Assembly: GCA_004764695.1 (NCBI GenBank)
Contig: SMSO01000014.1
Location: 5,466,845 to 5,530,844 of the forward strand
Direction: 5' to 3'
Length of the DNA stretch: 64,000 bases
Origin: Schizochytrium sp. TIO01
Lineage: Eukaryota; Protista; Bigyra: Labyrinthulomycetes
Part shown: piece by piece, positions 39,235-48,969 of the stretch
Numbering within the stretch: the first letter of the stretch is position 1
Layout: every line of letters begins with the position of its first letter
Notes under the pieces: generated by a model
The model's input: only the letters and a program-made list of their open reading frames with translations
Databases searched by the model: none
Told to the model about the DNA's origin: nothing
Position numbers and translations under genes: made by a program

Positions 39235-40070
39235 AAAAAAAAAAAAGAAGAGGAAAGGAGGAAGGAGTCAGAAGAGGGGGGACAGAGAGAGGGGGAAAAA
39301 GGAAAGAAAAAAAAACTCGAGGGGAGGCACAGAAAGGATTTTTATTGTATCTCTTAGAGATTTTATTTTCTCACGTCAAGAGAGGCAGTTGTGGAGGAAA
39401 TTCACCGATACGCGGAAGAAATTTTACGTCAATTAGAGGACACAGTCGATACGAGAAGAAGCTACCTCCTCTGAGAAGATTTGTGAGGGCATGACAGAAT
39501 AAGATCGAAAACTTTGCAGTGGAGTGAGAGGTGCGTGCATCGCGGATCAGACACCGCTCACCCTCACGGTCTAAATCGAGACAGCCTATGAGAGGCAAAT
39601 CGACCGTCTGGGAAAGCCCAACAAGCAGAGGGAAAAGAGAGAGAAAACCGAAAACAAAGAGGGGCAGGAAGAAGAAAAAGTAAAAAGAGGAGCTCAATTG
39701 AAATAGAATAATCCGAAATGATTCATAAACGTGAAAATATTTTAATATAAAAATTCCAAAAGTTTTTTAAAATAAAGTTTTTATTAATCATTTTTTTTAA
39801 AATGAAACGGAAAAACGTCATTTTATTTTGAAAGCTTTCTCTTTTTCTTTTCAAAATGAATATTTTTAGAATCTGCAAGTGAATGAGAAAGAAATTAAAC
39901 AGAAACATGAATAATAAGGAAAGCAATTGGAAACAGAGAGAAAGAGGACTTAAACAAAGGCTTAAAAGAAAAAAGGAAGAGAAAAGACGAAGAGGAGAAT
40001 GGAGGAGAAGCAGCAAATAAACATGCAAAGAGCAAATAAATAAAGAATTGTGATCGAAAGATTGTCTGTC

Positions 40071-40200
40071 AAACAAACAAACAAACAAACAAACAAACAA
40101 ACAAACAAACAAACAAACAAACAAACAAACAAACAAACAAACAAACAAACTACTAAAGTAAAGAGAGAAACAGACTACTAAAGTAAAGAGAGAAACAGAC
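40071..40200 (+). repeat. (AAAC)~20 followed by a 25-bp tandem duplication (TACTAAAGTAAAGAGAGAAACAGAC x2)
   Basis: Read directly. Confidence 0.95.
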
Positions 40201-40608
40201 AGAGCGAGAAAGCGAAGCCGCTCGCAGGCGGTCTCTCGCCGCTGTTGGTGCTCGCGCCGGCGCTGGCGCAGGAGGCCGCGCGGTAGAGGGAGACGTAGGA
40301 GACCGGCAAGGAAGTCCAGGGCTCCTCCGCAGCGACCAAGGAAACGAGACACGTGAAGCATTCACCCATCCATCTCAGCAGCTATCTGTCCAAGTCGTCA
40401 TCCAGGTGGCTGGCTGGTTAGCGGCTAGGCTAGCTGTAGCTAGCTAGTTGGCGGACGCCGCGAGGAAGGCGGCGGCGAGGCGGACGAGGCCTGGGGCGGC
40501 AGCTGGGCAGGCCGCAGGACTGCACGCTCTACAGGAGAGAAAGAGGCGCCGTCCCTCGCGTACGAGGGTTCTTTCACTCTTGCGCTCCTCCTCCCCCTCC
40601 CCCTCCTT

Positions 40609-40663
<55 letters not shown>

Positions 40664-40937
40664 GTGCTGCTGCTGCTGCCGCCGCCGCCGCGTTTCCTTC
40701 GTTTGCACGCGAGCGTGTGTTGCGAATTTCTATTAAATTCGTTGTATTGCATTTCGTTTCACCTCAATTGAGTTTGTGCTGTTGAGCTTAAGTGGGAGAG
40801 TCTCTTCTCTCTTGCCGCCCTTATTATTGTTATTTATCCTTTCCCAGGGACCCGGATAAAGCCGCCTTCGGCTCCGCAAAGCAGCAGCGCGCGATCCAAG
40901 GTCGCGCAGTACCAAAGAGCGCTCAAAACGGCGGACC
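40200..40937 (+). promoter_or_regulatory. GC-rich proximal promoter/5' UTR of the Q-rich gene, including (GCTT)n at 40611-40662
   Basis: GC/CpG-rich segment directly upstream of ATG 40938, similar to the GC-rich intervals between the divergent gene pairs in this window. Confidence 0.5.
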
Positions 40938-43291
40938 ATGATGAATCACCCGAATCCAAACGACCCGCGACAACCACCACCTCCACAACAGCCGCAGCAT
41001 CACCCACCACTATTAGCACACGGAAACCCACAACAATCGCAGCAGGCACACCAACCAACATCAAATCCGACAACCACCGCGACGCACCACACCATGCTCC
41101 CTGCAGGCATGAACATTGCAAACCTCCAGGGACAACAAACTGTAACTACAGCATCCTCGCATCAACAACAGCCAGAGGCCGCAAAATTCCCCTTTCAGAT
41201 CTATACTGCGCCACAGCAACAGCAGCAGCAACAACAACAACAACAACAACAACAACCACACCCAGCACAGGCGCATCACTTCTCAACGGCTCATGCTCTT
41301 TCACCTCAAGACATCTACGCTCTGTCGTCTGCAGCAGGACTTGGCCCAGGGCCCCCGATGCCCATGCCCATGGGAGCCATGCCCGTAGGAGTCATGCAAG
41401 GCAACCAAGACAGTGCCAATATGACCTCACAACTCAGCAACGACGACATTGTGCAGCTCCTGGTGGAAGCGCACAACGGTATCTTCAGGTGTGACATCCC
41501 AATCAGAACCACCGCTTCACCCATCCTCGTACCCCAAGATGCCTTTGACGGGTTCGCCCCTAAATCCTTTTATATCCTCGGCCTTCGAACCCGAGACCGA
41601 AATGCAGCCTCCAAGGGAGAGGGTCGCGAGCTCAGCGTCAAATACAAGGACTTTGGCCAAGGTGTCGTATGGTGGTCTTCCAGAGACCCACTCCGAGGAT
41701 TCGTAGCGCGAAAAATGCAAGCCTTACCTCGAAAAACCAAATCAAGGAGCCTCGATGAGGCAACCCGACTCACCTACCGCCTTGAAGGCTACATCTTCGC
41801 TCTCGTAGCACGCACTGACATGACCATTAGTCCCACAAAATCAACTCTTCGGGACATGGTTGTGCAGGACTCGCCAAGATTCCTGCACTATTGGGGCACC
41901 AACGCAGAGTCCAACACGGCGAGACACAGACCCTTTGAAGGGGCCATGAGATCTAATGCCCATAACGCTGGGTCCTCCGACAACGAGAGCAGCGTGAGCA
42001 GTTCTGGTAGTGGATCCTCCAGCAGTTCTAGAGACCGTATCACCCAGCGCGTGAAAAAATCAACCCACCACAATCGCAGAGAATCCAACAGCAGCAACTC
42101 CAATTCAAACTCGAACGGCAAGTCCGATGACGAGGATCTCGATGTAGAGGGTGCCAATGGCGCCAACGACGCAGAGTCTGATGACGCGAGCAGTGCGCAG
42201 TCTGGCCCGCACAGCAGAAATTCACGTGATAGTGGCAACTCCGCTACCACGGGTTCTTCCTCTGCACCAAAGGCTCCTAATGCCAGCTCGCCCGTGTCCT
42301 TGGGAGCGTCCAAGCAACAGCAACAGCAGCAAAATAATACTGGCTTCCATACGGGATCCTCATCATCGTCCTCACAGCACCATTCTTCGCCCTCCACAGC
42401 TACTGCTGGAAACACCTCTGCATCCAAGAATAACAATAACAACAACAGTGGGAGCGGGAGTGGTAGCAGTACTAGTCGCGGAAGTGGCGGGAATAATTTT
42501 CACAAAAACAATAATTCTTACAACGCAACTGGGGGAGGACATATGGTGCATTCCGCTGGAGGCAATCTTAACTCTAGCTCGGCCACTGGTGCAAATCGAC
42601 GACAGCTCTACCATCAGCACCATAATAGGACCAGTGGAAGCGGGAGCGGCAGCAGCGGGAGTACGAGCAGTAATGATCACAACCATAGCAGTAGCAGTAG
42701 CGGCGGGGAGGGAGGTGGCAGTGGCGGTAGCGGAGAAAATACAACGAATACTGGCAGCAACAGCGGCGGTAACAACAACAATAATAATAACCACAACCAC
42801 AATCACTTCATGGGCAACACTCCTATGCAACAGCAACAGCAAGGGGATCAAGGTGCAGCCCGAGAAGGTATTGGAGCAACCGCCGCTCCCTCTTCATCAC
42901 CGCCATCATCGTCATCGTCCCATCAAACACCCACGGCATGGACCGGAGGATCCTCAGCGGGGAGCTCGATCCCAGTCTTTACGCCTCAAAACCATCAAGG
43001 CTTTTTCCCAGTTCAAGTCGGACCTGAACAATGGCAGTGGGCGCCGATGTCTCAGATCCCGACGGGACCCAATCAACAACAGCAACAACTCGTTCCTGTA
43101 CAAGTGCCAACAGCGAGCGGGTATCAGACCGTGTATTTTTCTAACATGCACCAGCAAACAAACCAACCCATGGTGCCTCAGCAAACTTTCTTTAATCCGT
43201 CTTTTATGCAACAGCAACAGCAAGGTGTCCAAGCTTCCGGATCTCCGCCCTTTGTCCCCAATACCATGCAACAGCAGCAAGCAGCAGCAGC

Positions 43292-43322
<31 letters not shown>

Positions 43323-43860
43323 GGCCAATACTTCTGACCATATGAAAACAGAACAACAGCCGTTTGCACCTGGTATGATGATGCACCAAAGCCAACAGAA
43401 CATGATGGGGCCTACATTTGCCCCCATGAACGCTCCTGGTCATCAGCAACAGCAGCAACCCTATCCTTTTGGCGGGCCCATGCAAATGGTCCATTCTGGA
43501 GTGCCCAACAATGCCATGGAGATATCCATGCAAGGCCAAAATGTTAACCAAGGTTCGCAAGCCATAACAATGCCTCAAAACCAATTTGTAGGAATGCAGA
43601 TGCAATACCACCCTCCCCACCAACAACAATCGCAGCAGCAGCAGCAGCAGCAGCAACATCAGAACCAGAACTCTATGATGTCAGGACCTATGATGCTCCA
43701 AGGCCAAAACGTAGATTTCAAGCCTTGGGGACAAGGCTCTTTCCCCACGCCCACTGCTGTAACTCAGCAACAGCTGCCTCCTGGAGGCCAGAGCGAGAAG
43801 CGGCACCATGACTCAGCTGGTGACGGTGGACGTATTCGTAAGCGTGGTGGCAAGTCCTAA
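40938..43860 (+). CDS. Q/N/S/G-rich putative transcription factor with one globular domain (~41433-41900); reading frame split by a +1 shift at ~43280 (973 aa if joined)
   Basis: ORF 40938-43337 changes from polyQ to poly-A/T at CAG CAG CAA G CAG. The +1 frame continues polyQ and Q/M/P-rich sequence to a basic C-terminus KRHH...RIRKR, with stop at 43860. The architecture is TF-like; the family is not firmly assigned. Confidence 0.7.
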
Positions 43861-45104
43861 TTACACGCACAATTTTGAAACTGATTACTTTTCTCTTTCT
43901 TTAGACTCTCAACTCCCTTCTGGTTCTTGATTCGGGTGCGTGTTCTAATAAACTACCAATATTATCGCCACAACCTCTATAACTTAAACATCACTCACAG
44001 TTCGATGATTAACTGATTCTTTTTTAAGAAAGTCACCCAAATCAATCTCTAGAAAAGTCCCAGTTATCCTTTTTAAATTGATTGCTTGACGTCAATTTTC
44101 TTTTGCTGAAAATCAACATGCTACTTCTTGCAGTCTTTTCTATTCCATTGGTTTTTAATGAAGCAAATTTCTCACCACAGCATATACCTTTGGGATTTAA
44201 ATGTCTTGTTGTTTAGATTGTAAAGTACTTGTCGCCCGACACATCGAAAGAAGAAAAAGCGAATAGGGATTCAAAAAAATACTGAGTTTCGTCGTGAGAT
44301 TCGTGTATGCATGCGCAAGAATCCAATACCAAACTGGGATGTATTTCAGAGACTTCAGCAGTTTTACTTAGCTGAAATCTGATAAAACGAAATCAGTTTC
44401 CTTTAGGTAAAACATGCCTCTTTGTTGTCTTTCAAAGGTAAACACAAAAGGATTGCGAAGATTATAAGAATTTCATATAAGATATAACAATTAACTAATG
44501 ATGAAGTTCTAACCTTGTAAAAAACAAAAATAACAACAAAAAAAAAGCGGTCCTTGAATTGGAAAATACCGCTTCCCTTAATTTCATATATGAATATGAT
44601 CAAGACAAAGGATATTTAATAATTATTTGTAGTCAATCAAGATGTAACAGTAATAATACTAAGTACAAGAACGTCATCTACAAACATTTACACATACAAG
44701 ATTCCTATGAAGAAAATATTTTGGATAGCTAATTAAAACGATGATGTCAAAGTAAGGTAGCTACTGGAACATCTCAACAAGAAACTGGCCAGAAAGGACA
44801 AATCATGGCATCAACGGAACGCAGAAATAAATCATGTACTACAATATTGCATAGACTCACGCTACCAGGACAAATCAGCTCAAGATTGTATCAAATGGCT
44901 TTACTTCGCAGGCTACAATCCAGAGATATATGATATTCCAGTATAGAGACCTACAAGCCTCCGCTCTCCAGAGTGAACTGGAAACTTTGTGCAGCTATCA
45001 GAGTTCATTAAATTTAACGTGAATATTCACGCTCAATAAATCATTTCATGTATATAACAAACAAATACATACGTTACGTAGCAAAAGAGATGCAGGATAA
45101 GAGA

Positions 45105-46562
45105 CTATGCATTGCCCTCAGTTGAGTCTTCTCCTGTCTTTGAAGCCTCCAATGCAATCTCCAAATCTTTCTTTGACTTCGCAATACTTAGTTTAGCACG
45201 CGCGATAGCGGTTTGCGCGTGGCGTAGCTGTGCCATAAGCAACTTATTATTAGACATAAGTTCTGAGCGCAAATTTTGGCCGATCGTTTTCGCGTCTGTT
45301 CCCACCAACTTGAACTGCTGTTTTTGTTTTTCTAACTCCTGCATAAGCTCCTTGACTTGTTCTTTAGCTTCGGCGAACTGATTGGCTGCTTGACGTTCTT
45401 TGCTTTTCGCACGAATGACCCGTGGGTCATTCATATTGGGAAGACCTGCCCGGCTCCATGTACGCTTCTCCACAGATCGCTTACCGTTGGGGTCGGCCTT
45501 GGCATCTCCGCCATTTGAAACACTTGCCTCCATGCTAATGTTTCCATAGAGATCAAAGTCATCTTCGTGTGGACCCCCTTGATCTGTTTTAGCATTCGAG
45601 CTGCCCTTATCGCCATCTTTCACATTTAAAGCTTCAAGTTCAACATTTGTAGGTGCCGCAGAGCCCTCCTGCTTCACCTCTACGTTTGTTTCCACAGATG
45701 TAGTAGCTGCTTCCTGAGCCCCAGATGCCGGTGCCGTGGCGGGCTTTGAGACTTTGCGATTCGGGCACAATACGGCCTTAGCCAAGATTGCCTTGCGATC
45801 TTTGGCCTGCGCATCATGGTCTGCTATCCTATAGACCATAATACCCGTATTCTTAAAAACAGGAGCACGGTTAACGAAAGCTTTGGTAGTGGCAGGGATT
45901 GTCTCAAACTCAACGATGCATGTGTTGGGCTCCTCCGTGAGCTTCTCCACACGCGCCACTGGACCATACCGTTGAAAATGCGATGCCACTTTATCTTCAT
46001 CACATTGTTCTGATGGGATACCCCTCACGAGTAGCGTGCGAGACCCTTTTTGCCCGACATCTTTGTGCGAAGATGCCTGTACAGAAAACCCAGTGCCTCC
46101 GCCGGAAGACGTTTGCTCCGACAAAGGATCTTGAGGCTGAGATTGAGCCTGGTGATCTCCGCCCTGAGCAACATGCTGGCCTTCAGCACGTTTCTTTGCC
46201 TGTGCAAGTGCGCTCGCGAGACCTGAGAGCACCAGTTTTGGTGCAGAGTTCACCTTGCTCTGGTCATCCCCTGAAACCTGAGTTTCACCGTTACCAAGCC
46301 GAGATCCAGAAGCTGAGACCGACACAACTGCCCCAGAAGATGAAACCTCCTTAGGCGTAGACTCCACGTTTACTGCACTGTCCTTCGCCGCCGCCAGGCT
46401 GGCCTTCGAAGCATCGGCATCGGATTTGGCATCGCTCTTGGGCTCCAGTGCCTGCCGGGAGCTCGAAGTCGTCGCAGGTGCCGCTACGGCAGCAGCAGAT
46501 GCGCCTTGATCTTCATCGTCCTCCTCATAGTCTAGCAAAGCGTCCAGGTCTGCCGAAGACAT
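45105..46562 (-). CDS. RRM protein (RBM26/RBM27-like RRM) with a C-terminal coiled coil
   Basis: LLVRGIPSEQCDEDKVASHFQRYGPV...CIVEF...AFVNRAPVFKNTGIMVY resembles the RBM26/27 RRM. A helical K/E/Q-rich C-terminus follows. The first ATG is at 46562. Confidence 0.7.
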   Translation of the reverse strand: MSSADLDALLDYEEDDEDQGASAAAVAAPATTSSSRQALEPKSDAKSDADASKASLAAAKDSAVNVESTPKEVSSSGAVVSVSASGSRLGNGETQVSGDDQSKVNSAPKLVLSGLASALAQAKKRAEGQHVAQGGDHQAQSQPQDPLSEQTSSGGGTGFSVQASSHKDVGQKGSRTLLVRGIPSEQCDEDKVASHFQRYGPVARVEKLTEEPNTCIVEFETIPATTKAFVNRAPVFKNTGIMVYRIADHDAQAKDRKAILAKAVLCPNRKVSKPATAPASGAQEAATTSVETNVEVKQEGSAAPTNVELEALNVKDGDKGSSNAKTDQGGPHEDDFDLYGNISMEASVSNGGDAKADPNGKRSVEKRTWSRAGLPNMNDPRVIRAKSKERQAANQFAEAKEQVKELMQELEKQKQQFKLVGTDAKTIGQNLRSELMSNNKLLMAQLRHAQTAIARAKLSIAKSKKDLEIALEASKTGEDSTEGNA

Positions 46563-47389
46563 GGTCCTGAGTCGCCGCAGTGCTCTTGCTTTCAAAGTCT
46601 GCAACTACCTAGTTGGGTCACCTGCCTCTGCGCAAACCTCAATTTGATTTCCTTCACTCATTTCTTCTCTCACACAATCTATACACTATCACCTAAGTAG
46701 TAAATCTATCTTTCCTCGCCTTTTCAGACGCCGTATTTTATTCTGCCCAGCCTCCATTGATAACCAGGCCCCCACGGCAATTTAATACGTAGCACCTACC
46801 TACATCTTACCCCTAGCACCTCGCTGGAAAGGCTCTCCGTGCTACAAACTGTAAGAGTCGGATAGGGGCCTCTACTAGGACCGTTCCCGGAACCGTCGGC
46901 TGAGACAAAGCGGGCCGTGGGGAAGTACCGGTACCGTGGATAAGGTACTACAATAAGGCAAGGTACCGTAAAGAAGGACAGAGCGAGAAATCGAGAGACT
47001 GTGCTGTGGACTTGGAAAGGGCGCGGGAACGCGCAGAGGGCGGCGTGCAGGAAACGGCGGGAAGTCTCCAGCACAGAGCGCGTTTATGGAGCTCGAGAGC
47101 GGGTGTTCATGGAGAAGTGACGAGCTCGCCTGGCCACGCTCGTTTTGTGGAAGGCGAGCTTTACTTGAAGCCAACAAAGTTCTAATAAGGCACTGTACTA
47201 CAATAATGGAATGGAATGTAATGCAGCGAGTGCTAGTAAATGGTAGGAAAGTCTTAAGCGAGTCGGGAGTGGGTAATTAGCACACCAAAGAGAGCATAAG
47301 CGTGCAATGGAGGTCAAGAGCAGACCCGAATCAAAAGCTGTGCACGTAGCGAGGGAGTTGCATAAGGTGCAGAGTAGTTTTTGGAGACC

Positions 47390-48475
47390 ATGATGATGAT
47401 GCTGAAGACCCCCCTGGGCCGCGGAGCCGGCGTGGCCTCGCGCAGCGGACTGCGTGCCGTGGCAGGCCATAACTTGAGCACCTCAGCGACGTCCGCAGGG
47501 TACACTGAGGAGCACCGTGAGGTTCTCAAGGGCCTCAAGGGCAAGCATTTGATGCGGATTGACGACTACTCCAAGGAAGAACTGGAGGCAATGTTGGCGT
47601 TTTCCCGGCACATCAAAGTCCTCTGCAAGGCCGAAAAGGTCCCTGAGGCACTCAAGGGCAAATCTATGGCCTGCATCTTTCAGAAGCGATCCACTCGCAC
47701 CCGTGTGTCTACTGAGACTGGCATGAACCTCCTCGGAGGATACCCTCTGTTCTTGTCCTCGCAGGATGTCCAGCTTGGCGTCAACGAGACTATCAAGGAC
47801 TCTGCCCTTGTGCTGTCCCGCTTTAACTCTTTGATCCTGGCCCGTGTTTTTGGCCACGAAATTGTGACCGAGCTCGCAGAGCACTCCACCGTGCCGGTAA
47901 TTAACGCCCTCAGCGACATGCACCACCCTCTCCAGACACTTGCTGATTACATGACCATCCAGGAGCACTTTGGCCCCGAAAACGTTGCTGGCAAGACCCT
48001 CGCATGGGTCGGTGATGGCAACAATGTTCTTCACGACCTCATGCTCGCCGCACCACCCATGGGTGTGAACCTTCGCATCTGCACCCCGGAAGGCTACCGC
48101 CCGGACGAGGGTATTATGAAGGACACGGAGGCCCTTGCCAAGAAGCACAACACCGATATTTGGGTTGGATCCAACCCGATTGAGGGTGTCAATGGCTGCA
48201 ACGTTGTTGTTACTGATACTTGGGTCTCCATGGGCCAGGAAGAGGAAGCCGCCAAGCGTATCAAGGCCTTCGAGGGATACGAGATCACCAGCGAGCTCAT
48301 GGCCAAGGGCAAGGCCGCTGATGACTGGATCTTCATGCACTGCCTTCCCCGCCACCCCGAGGAGGTCAGCGATGAGGTCTTCTACTCCAAGCGCTCCGTT
48401 GTCTTTGATGAGGCTGAGGCTCGCATGTACACCGTCATGGCAGTCATGGCTACTCAGCTTGGCGTTACTCTTTAA
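47390..48475 (+). CDS. OTC: Ornithine carbamoyltransferase with a probable mitochondrial presequence
   Basis: FQKRSTRT, HPLQ, WVGDGNNV, DTWVSMG and HCLP motifs. The R/S/A-rich N-terminus lacks acidic residues. Strong codon bias. The first ATG is at 47390. Confidence 0.97.
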   Translation: MMMMLKTPLGRGAGVASRSGLRAVAGHNLSTSATSAGYTEEHREVLKGLKGKHLMRIDDYSKEELEAMLAFSRHIKVLCKAEKVPEALKGKSMACIFQKRSTRTRVSTETGMNLLGGYPLFLSSQDVQLGVNETIKDSALVLSRFNSLILARVFGHEIVTELAEHSTVPVINALSDMHHPLQTLADYMTIQEHFGPENVAGKTLAWVGDGNNVLHDLMLAAPPMGVNLRICTPEGYRPDEGIMKDTEALAKKHNTDIWVGSNPIEGVNGCNVVVTDTWVSMGQEEEAAKRIKAFEGYEITSELMAKGKAADDWIFMHCLPRHPEEVSDEVFYSKRSVVFDEAEARMYTVMAVMATQLGVTL

Positions 48476-48969
48476 ACAAACGAACAAGCTCAAGGATACT
48501 CATTTTTAACCTACCACACATATACAATTTTAAAAGTACGGACTCTTTAATTCATTGAACAAACTTTGCAAACGTCTACTTCTCTACCGATTCATCTATA
48601 TTCACAGTCAACCTGAGTGATTTTACTCTCTCAAGGCACCTTTATTGAATCTTTTTTGTTGCTTTTATTTTAAAAAATTAAAATAAAAAGGTTCTGTTTC
48701 AATCTATAAAGCTAAAACGTGTCCAGCATCTTACATAGAATAAAAAGGAATAGCAATGCAGCCCTCCAGGTGAAGATATTGTAATCGCCTTTCAAATATT
48801 GCATTCATGTAAAATGTCCTATTGATACTATCCATCTGTCAAGTATAGCTTCTTTACTTTGAAAGCATTTCTTTTGTTTTGTTTTCCTGGAAGACGCCGC
48901 ATTTGTTGAGGCAGATAGGATCAATGGGACCATGAAGGAGAACAGACGAGAAAAGTCCTTTAGTTTATT

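Noticed and set aside
42151-43280. Long overlapping +1 ORF as a dual-coding region
   Set aside because: The S/N/G/Q-rich main frame has few NTA/NTG codons, so the +1 frame lacks stops passively. Only the part after ~43280 looks like real protein.
47483-48493. 336-aa antisense ORF covering OTC
   Set aside because: In-register shadow of a strongly codon-biased gene (few TTA/CTA/TCA codons); no motif of its own.
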